Source: the human T2T-CHM13v2.0 reference genome, Homo sapiens. Taken from it: 64,000 nt of DNA. A program made the translations under genes and the position numbers. The number at the start of each line of letters is the position of its first letter. Position 1 is the stretch's first letter. Shown here piece by piece: positions 43,223-59,200 of this stretch. The notes under the pieces were generated by a model. That model saw only the letters and a program-made list of their open reading frames with translations. It made no database searches and was not told the origin of the DNA. The DNA lies in assembly GCF_009914755.1 (NCBI RefSeq), contig NC_060939.1; one strand, written 5' to 3'.

Positions 43223-44118
43223 CATCGTCTAGCTTTAAAAAGTATCCAGTGATGTACAAAGGCTGCTACTTTCCCATCCCTGAATAGGAACAGGAGTTTC
43301 AATGCTCTTCACCCTATCTTACCTCCATAACCAATTCCAAAAACCCCTCTTATTTCCTGGGAAAAGGAGAGAGTCCATGTCCTTTAACATCTTCCCTATG
43401 AATGTCACCATCAGTTACGGTTCTCTGACTGCCAGCAATAAACTGGCTCTAACTTAAGTAAGAACAAAAGGATGCCAGGGTAACCCACTGGTCTGAAAGA
43501 AGAATTGAATGACAAGCCTAGGGTACAATGGTAACCAGGGCAGCTCTGAGGACTTTGGCCTGAGGAACTTGCTGACCATCACCCTAAGTGCACCCTTCTC
43601 ATGACTCAATCCCAACTGCCTTTTGTTACTGTGTGTCTCTACTCAAGAAAGAGAATCTGATTGGCCTGGCTTGAGTTACATGTATCCTTGAGGCCTGGGG
43701 CAGCAGGGGTACTGTGGGAAAGAGGGGTGATTTCTGCCCACCCACCACCAACCAAAAAACCAAAAAAAAAACAAAAACCGGAGGGGGGTGGTAATGTTAC
43801 CGGGAAAACTGTTAGCACAGAATACGAAGTAAGAGAGTCCTAGCTCATTCCGACCCCAGAGAGCAGCCACTGGAAATGTGAAAGATGGCTCTCAGCACAA
43901 GGGTTATCACCATGGAGAGGCCTTCAGGCTGGGACCCAAGAGGCCTTGATGAGTGGCACTAAATTGATAAATTTACCCCAGGGCAGGGTCTGGGTTTTAG
44001 TTTTGTAACTTGATACTTCCCATACCCCTGAGTTGATCACTCAGGGAGGCTATCTCATTCTGGTTAAATTTACAGTAAAATGGAACTTAAGCATGAAGAA
44101 TTCACCTTGCTAATTTTC

Positions 44119-44270
44119 TTTTTTTTTAAATTATACTTTAAGTTTTACGGTACATGTGCACAACGTGAAGGTTTGTTACATATGTATACGTGTGCCATGT
44201 TGGTGTGCTGCACCCATTAACTCGTCATTTAACATTAGATCTCCTAATGCTATCCCTCCCTCCTCCCCCC
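44119..44270 (-). mobile_element. Very short 5'-truncated L1PA 3' end
   Basis: Perfect 17-bp TSD TCACCTTGCTAATTTTC at 44102-44118 and 44271-44287. Confidence 0.92.
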
Positions 44271-44336
44271 TCACCTTGCTAATTTTCAGTGAGAGGATCA
44301 CTTGAGCCCAGGAGTTTGAGACCCTGTCTCTATTTA

Positions 44337-44645
<309 letters not shown>

Positions 44646-45138
44646 TTAAAATTTTTTTTCAATGAGAAATTTAATCATCCAATAGACTGGACACTGTGTT
44701 TACCTGATAGTCAATTCTCCTCTTCTTCTGAAGGGAATGGTTCAAGAAAATGCAAATTCTCAGATTTGGTGAGCTTAGGACAAGTCAGACAAGTCTCAGT
44801 TCAAATCCTGCTTTGCTGGCTGTGTGAACTTGAGCTTGTTGCTTAACCTCTCTGAACTAAGATACCTCTTTTTTTTTTTTTACAATCCTTTTTTTCTAAT
44901 ATTTATAGACTGCCTATTATATTTGCTGTGTTCATGAGAGTGAACAAAACAGACATAGATTCCTCCCTTATGGAGCTTACAGTCTAGTGGGGGAGACAAA
45001 CATTTAAAAACACAGCAAAAATGTATTAATGGCAAATATGTAAGTATGAAGTCTTGTGAAGCAGAAGAATAGGAGATAATGCCAGCCGGGGACGGGACCT
45101 AATTTAGATGGGCTTAGGAGCCTCTCTGAGGCTTGACA

Positions 45139-45446
<308 letters not shown>

Positions 45447-45978
45447 TGAGATGGGAGGAAGGATGTTGGTGAGAGGAAGTGGAAGGAGAAGAGCATACCA
45501 GGCTGAGGAAACAACTGGTGCAAGAGCTTCCAGCCTGGTTACTGAGAGGCAAGGGATGGAAGCTCGTACCTGGGGAATAAGAGGTGTTGCAAGCCGAGGC
45601 TCAGAGGCAGGGCCAGGTCATGGAAGAACATTTGCAAAAATCGTAAGAGCAGTGTGTATCAGCCAGTATCAGCCACAACAGGAAATCACAGAGCCCTGAA
45701 TGACAGTGATCTTAAATAAGACAAAGTTATTTCTTCCTCAGGATGAAGTCTGTAGGCAGTAGGAGATCTGTACCTGGTCCACCCAGGGCTGGCACGGCAG
45801 CTCCAGGATGTCATCGAAACAGGCTCCTCCAGCTCTCTGCTCTGCCCTGCCAGCCGACACAGGAGGAATAATTAATCCCCAGTGGAATATTATGAGGAGA
45901 AGAACTGAGAATAGTAATATAAAGCTAAATCTTTGTTATATAGAGAGTCAATAGATAATGTCTAAAGTTGAAAATAAA

Positions 45979-46330
<352 letters not shown>

Positions 46331-46401
46331 CTATATTGATATTTTAAGATCTATCATCTATGTATCTATTATCTATTTTATGTATAGAAGTTGCTACCAG
46401 A

Positions 46402-46919
<518 letters not shown>

Positions 46920-47305
46920 TCAGGAGCTGCCTTAGTGGATTGGGTCCCTCTCAACCAAGGCAAATCTGAGCTGCGTTGTTAAGTTTCAGTGGCGGATGCA
47001 AGATGTCTGGAATTCAGTGGGATGGCAGTGTCTGTCTTGAAGAGGCTCTTGGTGTTTGGGCTGGAGCTACCTCTGGACAGGAGGCGCCCCCTACTGACAC
47101 CCAGAGGCCCTGGAAACTCACTTCCCATGAGGCACTGTCTGATCTCAGAACTGATGGGGTTCAGAGATGGCCCTTTCTCATTATTTCCAAAGGGCCTCAG
47201 GGGACACAGCACACACAAGGGTGAAGGACCCTCAACCTGGAATTTGAGACACATTCCTCATGGTAGAGTTTCAACAGGACATGACCACATGGATTTCTGG
47301 GCTGA

Positions 47306-47642
<337 letters not shown>

Positions 47643-47963
47643 ACTGGCTTTTGAGTGGTTGGAGTAGTTCATCCAGGCCCAGCTTGGGACACTTTCCCGT
47701 GGAGTCCAGCCAGCTGACAGTTCTAACCAAATTAAATACTCTGGTTTCACACTAAACTGCCTTGGTTCCACCAAACCCCTGATAAAGATTCTCATCGGAA
47801 TGAAGCTGTGGACAAAGCCAGGGTCCTCCCTAAGACTCACCCACTTTAAGGCAGGCAGAATGCCTATGGGGGAGAAGCCCTGCCTGGTCATGGGCCCATG
47901 CCTGCAGTGGTCCACAGGAGCCTGCACCTGGCTTCCAGCCAACAGAAGCAATCTATTCCTACC

Positions 47964-48450
47964 TGTAGTGGATGCTGCTGGTGCCCTGCCCAGATGCCCT
48001 TTACCGCGGGGAACCCATCCCCCAGGCGCTGTTAGTTGGTAGCAACTCACAGCTGCCCCTTCTCTGAAGCATGCTGGGGTCGCTCAGAGAATAAGAATCA
48101 ACTGCTCCAAAAACATACATTTTGAAGCATTGTCCTGAGCCAAATGGAAGCCACCTCACCCGGGAGGCAATCCCCACTTCCACTCTTAATCCTTGCCCCC
48201 ATCCTTGGCCCATGACTAGCACTGCTACGAAAGGCTGTCCTTGCTTCACCTCAAAGTGGAACTAACTCCATGGGAGAGTTTGGGCTCTAGGGTGTCTCTG
48301 TGGGATCAGACTAAAGCCAAGCCCCAGCCGAGACCACACTGCTGCTTCTTCCCTTGGCCCTATTCTGCCTCCCTTATCCCCTTCTCCCAAGAACACTCCC
48401 CCAATAAATCACTTGAACAGAATCCCCATCTCAGGCTAAGGAATCTGCAT
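47964..48450 (+). mobile_element. Solo ERVL LTR (LTR16-like)
   Basis: Begins tgtagtggatgctgctggtgccctgcccagat and has cccaataaatcacttgaacagaatccccatctcagg near its end. Family named from recall. Confidence 0.6.
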
Positions 48451-48489
48451 AAGATCCATCAGGCATCCTGCTGTGTTGGCTCTCGCTGA

Positions 48490-49100
<611 letters not shown>

Positions 49101-50716
49101 GGGCTCATCTTTTCTATCATGGCAAAATGTATATCCTTGGAGCAGTTGGATTCTTATTCAGGATATGGGGCTGACTGCCCAGTAAATCAATCCTTGCAGA
49201 ATTCACACTGGGTCTTACCCAGGAAGTCATTCAGAGACACCATAACCCTGATGACACAGAGTCTGGCCAGAGAACACAGTCCCCAGCAGTAGAGTCCAAG
49301 CGGGGGTCCAGAATCCATCCTGCCTGTCAGGCAGCCGATGAGATGGTCACATGGGGCAGACACCTCAAGAGCTAGCTCAGATCTTCCAAATACTAGCACG
49401 CAGCGCGGTGGCCCCTGGCTTTACCTCAGGTTGGCCAGCTTCTCAATAGTTGCTCCCTTTCTGGTACTGGCTGCCCCGTCATACTCCCCCATGGAGGACA
49501 GGTAGGGGAAACAGTGGCCAATGCCTACCTCACTGGGTTATTGTGAGGGTTCCTTGAGATAGTGCATGTAAGGCTCTTATCACAGAGCCTGGCATCTGCC
49601 AAGCTCTTAAGTGTGCCAGCTGGTACCATTGTTGTCACCATCTCCTGGAACTACAGGATCCATCTCAGGGCCCCTCACACACTGCTCTTCCCCTCCAACC
49701 TGGGAGCTCCAGTGCCTCTCCGTTTCCTGAGGTTGGGGTGGTTAAAAAAGCTCTCTGCCCAAGCCCCTGAGTACTACCTTTCCAGCTCTCATCCCTGTGG
49801 GGACCAGCACTGCCCTGGGGAAGGAGACTGATGGGAACCAACAGGAAATGCTACAGCTGAGGCTCCCGGCCCATGAGCTGGCCAGTATTGAGCTTCTGTG
49901 ATGGGTCAGGTCTCCACGGCCACAGAACTGAGGGAATTGGACGCAGCCCTTGGAATCAGGAACCTTGCTTCTACAGGTGTAGTGAAATGGAAAGGAGTGT
50001 TTCCAAGTGAGTCATGGCGTCTGATTGGCAGGCCCATCCAGGAACAACAGTGAGAGTACCAGTGAGAGTAGAGTGAAAGACACAGCCACGCCTTTGACTC
50101 CATGGCAGGACACTAGTGGTGGAATTCCACCTGGGGGGTAGGGGACGAGATATGCTTGGAGAGTTTCAATGTCTGAATATGGGACGTGACATTCACAGGT
50201 GTCCGTTTTTGTTCTACCTAACAATTGTATTTAATTTGTGGTGCCCTACTTGTCAGCACTTCTCTATGGACCCTGCTGGTCTTTGGTAGATTTGTTTTCC
50301 TGGCTCCTGCCAGGAGGCCTTAAGTCCTCTTCATGATTACTCCTGTAAAAATATCTGGCTTCGCCCTAAGTCTCAGTGAGGGCCACATCAGACCACTTCT
50401 ATGACAGGGGGAGAAGATGGAACAATCAAGGAATTATTTTTGTCTGTATAGCGAATCGGCTTATCAACTGTGACTTGATCAATAAGGCAATGGAGATCCA
50501 AATTAATAGTCTCCACAGCCCCTGCCAATAGCTGGAGGAAGTGTACTTTAGAAGGAAGATATAGCCTTTAGTATAAAACCTATAATAGACAGGGACATCA
50601 CCCCTGAACCCAATAGCATAACATGAATTAAGACCCTTGGTTTGCAGAACATCTTGATCTGGATCAAACTGAAAAGGAACTATCTCAATTTCTCACTATA
50701 TGAAAAGCTGATATGA

Positions 50717-51060
50717 GGCTGGGCACAGTGGCTCACACTTGTAATCCCAGCACTTTGGGAGACCGGGGCAGGAGGATCACTTGAGCCCAGGAGTTCTAGA
50801 CCTGGGCAACATGGTAAGACCCTGTCTCTACAAAATAGGTAAATAAATAAATATTAGAACAACCAGGATGAAATTTTTTAAAAAAGAAAAAAAAATTAGC
50901 TGGCGTATGGTGCACATCTGTAGTCCCAACTACTCTGGAGGCTGAGGTGGGAGGATTGGTGGGAGGTCGAGGCTGTAGTGAGCTGAGATTGCGCCACTGC
51001 ACGCCAGCCAGGGAGACAGAGTGAGACCCTGTCTCAAAAAAATAAATGAATAAATAAAAT
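50717..51060 (+). mobile_element. Alu (J-like) with an expanded linker
   Basis: Consensus arms. Confidence 0.85.
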
Positions 51061-51601
51061 GCTAATATGAGCTGGAGAGGCAAGAGGAATAGAAGGTAAA
51101 AAGAACAACAAGGGAAATACACTTTTTAAGTACAATCAATTAAATATTAAATATTTGGGAACAGTGAGCTCTGAACTGCTTGGGTAAAATTCGCCCTGCC
51201 TGGTGGCCTTAAGCACTCCTGCAGGTGGGACCCGGCATCCTAATTCTACCAGGCCTCTTGTTGCTGCCGTAGATGAGCCCCAGACTCGGCCTTCCATTTT
51301 GTATTGGATGATGACCACATGTGCCCAGATGTTCTCAGTGAGTAGAGTGGGTCAAGGAGTAAACTATATCGGAAACCGTTGGATAATCATGCCAAGCAGG
51401 CTGGGGGCTTCCAGCCTTTGGGGTACTGGAATGCTTTCTTCCCCTGGGACCAGCTGAACTAGCTCTGTAGTTGCCGGGAGAGCAGTGTGCTCTAACACTT
51501 GGGCTAGTCCGTTCCCACAGGAAAACTAGAAGAGTCACAAGCAAAGAGTATAAAAGCCCAAGATATTTCTTTAGTCTTTGTATTTAGCTCTATGTCATCA
51601 A

Positions 51602-51870
51602 TTTTTTTTTTTTACAGGGTCTCACTCCTGTCGCCCAGGCTGGAGTGCAGTGGTGTGATTATGGTTCACTGCAGCCTTGACTTCCCAGGCTTAAATGATC
51701 CTCCCACCTCAGCCTCCTGAGTAGCTGGGATTACAGGTGCACGCCACCACACCTGTCTAATTTTTTCTATTTTTTGTAGAGACAGGGTCTCCCTGTGTTG
51801 CCCAGGCTGGTCTTGAAGTCCTGGGCTCAAGCGATCTACCTGCCTTGGCCTCCCAAAGTGCTAGGATTAT
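51602..51870 (-). mobile_element. Alu (J-like)
   Basis: Antisense consensus. Confidence 0.87.
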
Positions 51871-52929
51871 TGCTACTTTCCAATATTTCTACTACAGACT
51901 ACGGGAAGTCCATTTTTCAATGCCAAATGCAGAAGAAAAAGTTGTATGGATGCCCTTTCTGCCAATCATCCCAGGTTTAGGAGAGAAGAATGATGAGGTC
52001 ATGTTCATGGAACTTGACGAGTGATAAGCCTCTTTATTTGTCCAGTGCTTGGATACACGAATCGATGCAATGAAAGAGACCTCGCCTGTGAAGAGCTAAG
52101 AAATGAGTGTGGGCAGAATCATGAGAAGAAAATAAAGAGATTGCTGAGCAACTCTTCTGACAGTTCTTGTGCTTTTTGAATGTTTCACTCACTACTTATA
52201 AAATAACCTATTATGTCAGAGCCTGGCGAGAAGGGATCCTCTCCAACTCTTTGACTAATAATTCCCTAAAACAGGAGGTGGCCTGCAGAAGAACTAAAAC
52301 CAGAAAAGTTAGGTGGTTGCCTCTGAGGAATGGGATAGAGTTGGAGGGGTGGAGCAGCCCCTTTACTGTCAACCCTTCTGAGCTCTGCTGGATGGTGAGG
52401 GAAATTATCTATGTATATTTATGTGGTCCTCTCCCCACTCTGCCCTGGCCTGGCTCAGCTCTAGGTCTCACTCAGCGGGCGTCTGCGGGTGTGCCGGGCC
52501 TCAGAGGCTGTCTCCTTAGGAAACAGGCCACCAAGAAGCCCAAGGACATGCTGAGGTCCCACAGCTGGAGGGGCACAGCCGGGACACCTGAGGTCCTCCA
52601 GCTGTTGGTCTTTCCCTGGGGTCTCCACCCCAATCTATCCAGCCTCCCAACTCCCCAGCCTGTGGCTTTTTGCCACATTCCACCTGAAAAGACCGCTTGG
52701 CTTCTGGGGTCTGGGATCCCTGCTGGCCATGCCTCCTTGAGAGGAGGAGCAGGGGAGAAGCCCGGAGTCTCCTGGCCTGGAGGAGGGGAGCAGTGTGTCA
52801 GGACACCCCGGATGGGACCTGTGACAGCAATGACACCTGCCAGCCTGATGCCGCTTGACTCCCTGCCAGGTACTTCCTAAGCAGGAGCACGCTGACTCCT
52901 CATGTGCTCTATTACCCACCACCAGATGA

Positions 52930-53060
52930 GGCAGCAAGTTAACTTTGGCAGTCAGGAGTGGAGACCTTTGGGCTCCAAGCTCAAGGTCCACCCCAAGACA
53001 CACAGCCCATTAAATCCTTGTTGTAGAGATTAGGGCCCACAACGATGTGAAGGTTATAAG
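52930..53060 (+). promoter_or_regulatory. SLC28A1: SLC28A1 proximal promoter with HNF4/DR1-like motifs
   Basis: AGACCTTTGGGCT at 52962-52974 (reverse complement AGCCCA-A-AGGTCT, a DR1), AACTTTGGCA near 52941-52950 and TCAAGGTCC at 52981, directly upstream of exon 1. Confidence 0.5.
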
Positions 53061-53129
53061 CTGCACTGCATGGTTGCTGCTGGATGTGTTGTGTTCCTGG
53101 CTTCCCTCTGGATGCTGACAGAAACAAGG
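53040..53129 (+). other. SLC28A1: SLC28A1 non-coding exon 1 (TSS approximate)
   Basis: Donor AACAAGG|gtgaga at 53129/53130. Position agrees with the recalled gene structure. Confidence 0.7.
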
Positions 53130-53312
53130 GTGAGAGAAAAGGACAGTAGGAGAGGAGGGAAGGCGGGACTGAAGAAAGGAGGGGAAGGGGGTAGCACAGG
53201 GCAAAGTGGAAAAGCAGGTAGCGTCCTTTTTTTCTTCACTAGGGCTTGGCGAAGACCCCTTCGAGGACAGCTCCAGGCCCATCCCTGTGGTGGCCACCCA
53301 TGGAGACAGTAG

Positions 53313-53649
<337 letters not shown>

Positions 53650-53827
53650 TAAAGGTAGAGTCTTGCTCTGTGGCTAGTTTTCAATCAAGGTAACACATGG
53701 GCTCTCAACAGTGTGCGGAACTCTGCTAGAAAAATCAAATTATGAGAACACTGTTACTGTGTGATCCCCTATTGGAAAATGAATAACATAAAATAACATA
53801 CATTTAGGAAAAAAAAAGTGGAGAAAA

Positions 53828-54126
<299 letters not shown>

Positions 54127-55049
54127 GGAGGAAAATGCCACACAAACTCAATAGTGGTCATCCCTGAGGGCTCAGATTCCGGGGACTTTAACTTCCCTCA
54201 TTCTGTATATTTCTCTAATGTTTAAATGTTTAATGATACACTTGTAATGCTTTGGTAATTCAAATGACAGATGAAGAAAAAATGTTTTCAAAAAGAGGGG
54301 GTGTCCATCCACCATCCTCTCCAAACTTCCAAAACAACCAGGAGGTGCCGGTACTAGCAAGTATTTATGCATCATAGAGGATTTTGTCCTGAGCGCGTAC
54401 CATTAATTATTAAAGAGATGTTGTGAATCCCGTCAGATGAGTTTAATGTTTAGTGTGAGGACTGGAAAACTAAAGCATTCAGCCCTTCGCTTTGCACACC
54501 GTTGGCTTAGGTATTCATTTAACAAAGATGAAATGAAGGGGAAATGGTGTGATTTGGTTTTGTTTTCTTGACAGACCTGAAACACTTTTACTATTTCTCA
54601 CAGCTACACTGCTTTCCTCATTTTCCAGCACAGGAAAATTGGTTGCTGTTATAATAAATCCCCATCTAGTGAGAAAGGGAGATAGAGAAAGATGCAAAAT
54701 GAAAGATAAAATGCAAAAAGCTAACAGCCTGGCTGGGGAAAGGAGGCCATGGGAGGGAAGGAGGGGGAGGGAAATAATCACATAGGTGGCTTCCTGGAAG
54801 AAGCGGCCCTAATAGGCCTGGAAGAGGTCAGTTTGGGAACTGGGGAGAGGGCAGAGGAGGGCATCTCTGATGGAGAAGCAGCAGCCAGTGGGCAGGAGCT
54901 GCAGGGAGCCAGGTTGCAAGTGGGCCTGCTTCCTGTATCCCTGAGACCGTGTTGGGGTCCCCACCCTGGCTGTGGCCCTGGCCTCTGGGGAGGCGCTGGG
55001 CAGAACTGGGTGGCAGGCCCAACCTACTCCGACCCTGGACTCTGCCCAG

Positions 55050-55165
55050 GAATTTCTGCTGAAGTGACAAGGCAAGCCAGAGCCAAAGCAGGTTGGACCC
55101 AGCTTGTCCCCACAGAGACGTGTGCTTCCCTCTCTCTCTGAGAGCGACCTGTTAACCGCAAATAC
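55050..55165 (+). other. SLC28A1: SLC28A1 non-coding exon 2 (116 nt)
   Basis: tctgcccag|GAATTT ... AAATAC|gtgagt. Confidence 0.75.
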
Positions 55166-55780
55166 GTGAGTAGAAACAGGGCCCCGCTTCTGTGTGCGCT
55201 GCTGTGCGTCTGTGTGTGAGCCAGGGCATTCCCAGGCTCTGCCTGTGTGTGTGCATGCACATGCACGGGTCTCTGAGTATGTCAGCCTAACTGGGCTGGC
55301 ATTTGGATGGAGTAGGGCACCACCCAAGGGGAGAAAAAGGAGCGGGAACAAGAGAAGGGAGAGAGGAGGTGTTAGTTACCACTCTTATTTACAGATGAGC
55401 TTAAGCCTACGAACTGAGCTTCAGCAAAAAATGAACTATATTGATTCTTGCAATGGAAAGTCCAGGAGTAGGATTGGTTTCAGGTATAGTTGGATCCAGG
55501 AACTGGAATGATGCCTTTAAGGATGTTGCACCTCCATCTTTCAGAGATGGAAAAGTAGAATACACTGAAGATCTCACTTAATGGTAATAGTTTTAACCAG
55601 TTGTAGGGAGTGATGAAAGCTAGGTCCTCTCTTCAGAAAAATGCCTGTATCAGATACATATGCAGGCTGTATATAATTCTTTACTTTCCTTCCCTATGAA
55701 GTGGGCAGAATTTGCTGTTTCTGCCTGGAACTCCCAGAGTTCACAAGGACTTGCCTCTTACAGGTTCAGATGTGGGTGCA

Positions 55781-55905
55781 GGCTGGGGTGGTGGCGCACG
55801 CCTGTAATCCCAACACTTTGGGAGGCTGAGGTGGGAGGACTGCTTGAGCCCAGGAGTTGGAGGCCAGCCTGTGCAACACAGGGAGACCCAGTCTCTAGAA
55901 AAAGG
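55781..55905 (+). mobile_element. Alu monomer (FLAM-like)
   Basis: Left-arm consensus only. Confidence 0.8.
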
Positions 55906-56138
55906 AAGAGGTACCTCCTCCGTGTGCTGAGAAGTCAAGGTTGCAGTCCCAGTCACAAGGAGGGGTGAGCTCTGGGATGGCATAGGTGGCCCCCAGGCAG
56001 GGCTCTGGCTGTGCCAGGCATCTGCTCCCCCCACTCAGTCCTCTCCCCTTTCCCCGGGCCCCTAAACTGGGCCCTGCCCGGCCTCCCTTTCAGCGTTGGG
56101 CGCTCCCTGATTTGTCTTTCAGCTGGAAGGTCTGGGAC

Positions 56139-56234
56139 ATGGAGAACGACCCCTCGAGACGAAGAGAGTCCATCTCTCTCACACCTGTGGCCAAGGGTCT
56201 GGAGAACATGGGGGCTGATTTCTTGGAAAGCCTG
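56139..56234 (+). CDS. SLC28A1: SLC28A1 exon 3 coding part (exon begins at 56123)
   Basis: tctttcag|CTGGAAGGTCTGGGACATGG (strong Kozak) ... AGCCTG|gtctgt. Confidence 0.94.
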
Positions 56235-59200
56235 GTCTGTACCCTTCCCCATCAGTCATCCTGACCCCTCAGCCTCTTTGGCTTGAGCCCGGCTGCCGAG
56301 GTGATGAGGCTTTTGCTCACCACCTTCCCTCATACCCCATTCTTCTGCCCCCTTCTCACCTCTTTGCTGGCACAGTTATGAACCTCCCAGTGTGTTGGCC
56401 TCCTCAACACAAGGCAGACCCCTTTATTTCACTCATTAAACATTGACTGAGCACGTACTGTGTGCACTATAGTCTGAAAGTCCTAGTCTGAAAGGGCAGG
56501 GCAGGCCCCAGTGAGGAAGTGACATTAGAGCTGTGACCTACAGAATGAGAATCAAAACCAGATGATGGGGGAGGGGGGTCTCTAAGGAAATCTCAGCCTT
56601 CAAGGAGCCTTGTCCTTGCTTTCAAGTGGCCAGGTCAGGTCGAGGCACACCACCCAGAACTCGGAGCCTGGTAGGATACCCTGCACGCTCCCAGGCTCCT
56701 CTGACAAAGCCCCCTCCCCTTCACTGCCCTTGTCTCTTGGGGTGCTCCTTTCACGCTGTCATATGCAAGAATACCCACCCCCCACCCAAAACAGCTCCAC
56801 AGACGGTGGGTGCCTGGTGCCCTGAGGTCATGTGATGAGGTAGCCCTGCCTGGGGCCTCCCTTACAGGCCTCCCCTCGGCCCCTCTCAGTCACAGCTGGG
56901 CCGCAGGTGTCTGTCCCTGCGCAGACCATGAGCTCGCTGAGGGCAAGATGTGTCTGGCAGAGCCCTGCACACAGTAGGTGCTCAGTGCCTGCCTTGCAGA
57001 ATCCAGTTTAGTAGCCTTCTAATTCCTCCCTGTGCCCCAGCCCAGTCCCCTCCTCAGCCAGGGTCTCACCGTGGCCCCCGACCCCCAGCTGTAAGTTCCT
57101 GGGGGTGGGTAAGGGGCAGGCCGACCTGACGGCTCCCTGCGGGCTGTAGGAGGAAGGCCAGCTCCCTAGGAGTGACTTGAGCCCCGCAGAGATCAGGAGC
57201 AGCTGGAGCGAGGCGGCGCCGAAGCCCTTCTCCAGATGGTAGGTGATCTCTGGAGAGACAAGGGCGGGCCTGGGGTGGAGGCTGCTTGGGAACAGGATGG
57301 GGAGCCGGGCCTCCTGGCGGATGGGAGTTGGGGGGACGTGAACCTTTGTTGAAGGGAGGAATAAAGGCGCTTTAGCCAACACGCACAGGCACATGAGCCT
57401 CGAGGGTGAGCCAAGTCACAGGCTCCCCACCTGCTTTTGAACAGCTGAAACGAAATCCCATCAGGAACCCCAGTATGTACCGTGGGGCCTGCCCTGAACC
57501 AGCCAGGCCTCCCTCTCAACCTCCCCCTTCTGCCTTCTACCCCCATTCAGTCTCTGGGGTACCTCGGGGAGTCTGAAGACTCCGGTTAAAAATCCTGAAC
57601 TGGGCAAGGTCCCTGATTTTACACAGGGAGGTAGAAGCCCAGAGAGGGGAAGGGACCAGCCAGGATGGCATAGGCAGCGAGTGTCTGAGGTGAGCATAGA
57701 ACTCCACCTCCTGATGCCTGGGCCATCTGGGTCCTTGTTGGCCAGATCCGGAGCTGAGGACACCGTGATGGGCAGGGGGTGGTGGTGGGGGAGGGATTCC
57801 GTCTCTCTGCCTGGGCAGGGGATATGGGAAGAATGCCTCCTCCACCCTCTCAGGAGGAGGTGGGAGGTGGGGACTGAGAGGAGGTGAGGCTCCTTAAAAT
57901 GGCAGCTGGTGGGTGGATTCCAATTAGCATTGAGTGGGCGTCTACTCAATGTGTGTCCCATGGGCAGGTGGATGAACGACAGGGGAGGGGAGGCAGCCAT
58001 CCATGTTTTTCTTTTCTTTTCTTTTCTTTTTTCTTTTCTTTCCTTCCTTCCTTCTTTCCTTCCTTCCTTCCTTCCTTCCTTCCTTCCTTCCTTCCTTTCT
58101 TTTCTTTCTCTCTTCCTTCCTTCTTTCTTTTCTTTTTTCTTTCTTTCTCTTTCTTTCTTGCTTGCTTGCTTTCTCTTCCTTCCTTCCTTTCTCTCTTTTT
58201 TTTTTTTTAGGCAGGTCTCACTCTGTTGCCTGGGCTGGAGTGCAGTGGCACGAACCCTTCCTGGGCTCAAGAGATTCTCCTGCCTCAGCTTCTTGAGCAG
58301 CTGGGATTACAGGCGCACGCCACCATGCCTGGCTAATTTTTGTGTTTTTGGTAGAGAAGGGGTTTGTCATGTTGCCCAGGCTAGTCTTGAACTCCTGGGC
58401 TCAAGTGATCCACGCTCCTGGGCCTCCCAAAGTGCTGGGATTACTGGTGTGAGCCACCGCGCCCCCCACCGGCCACATTTCTGTATGTTGATGAGGTTCT
58501 GCCTTTTCAGTGAACTTCCTCCTGAGCCCTGGAGGCAGGGACTATCACTGGGGTAGTGGGGCCTGTGGGTGCTGCCACAGAGGCAGGAAGGCCTGAACCA
58601 TTTCTACATTTGCCCTGGGCTGGGGTTGCCCTGCAGCCCTGTGGGGATGTCAAGGCAAGCCCTGGCTTGCCCCTGTTGCCACTTTACTGGGGACATACCT
58701 GAGTGGAGGTGCTGAGGATCTCCCCCAGATGGGGTCTGCTCATGCACTCATGGACCCTGCTGGTCTTGTTCCCAGGAGGAACCTGCAGCCAGCCCTGAGA
58801 GCCAGAAGCTTCTGCAGGGAGCACATGCAGCTGTTTCGATGGATCGGCACAGGCCTGCTCTGCACTGGTGAGCCTGGGGCCCAGCACTACCCAGGACACA
58901 ATGACTCCTGCCTCAGCTATCCATGTCTCAGGGCAGGGTCATTCACTCACCCAGTCATTCAACAAATGGTTGTTGAGCACCAACTCAGGTCCAGCTCCCT
59001 TGCTGGGTACTGAGGCATCTGTTAAGCCAGGCCAGATCTTGTTCCCAAGGCACTCCCTCATCAGTAAGGGAGGCGGAAGAAATAGTCCCACATAATGCAG
59101 CATGTCATCTGGGAACACCAAGGAGGAATGGGGGATGATCAGGGAGGACTTCCAGGAGGAGGTGACATTGGAGTCTCACAGGCTAAGTAGGAGTTAGCCA

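Larger units (their letters stand above)
38860..43830 (-). mobile_element. Degenerate ERVL-class provirus relic: LTR-like ends (about 38860-39235 and 43403-43830) around decayed internal sequence, interrupted by Alu and L1 insertions
   Basis: The two ends share motifs (aacttaag[c/t]aag...aaggatgc...tggcctgg). The internal minus strand resembles ERVL/MLT-int sequence (gaactggaagctgaggcagccaccaggccact; aaacccagagtctgattctgc). Family named from recall. Confidence 0.55.

Noticed and set aside
51990-52161. Box C-like ATGATGA with downstream CTGA (possible C/D snoRNA)
   Set aside because: Intergenic, with no terminal stem and no recognisable guide sequence.
52167-52880. 237-aa ORF upstream of SLC28A1
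   Set aside because: It starts at a non-ATG codon, has no recognisable domain and no splice support. Probably a chance ORF in GC-rich sequence.
57461-58556. 269-aa (-) and 215-aa (+) ORFs rich in K/E/R or F/L/S
   Set aside because: They are translations of the (TTCC/TTTC)n microsatellite and the adjacent Alu.
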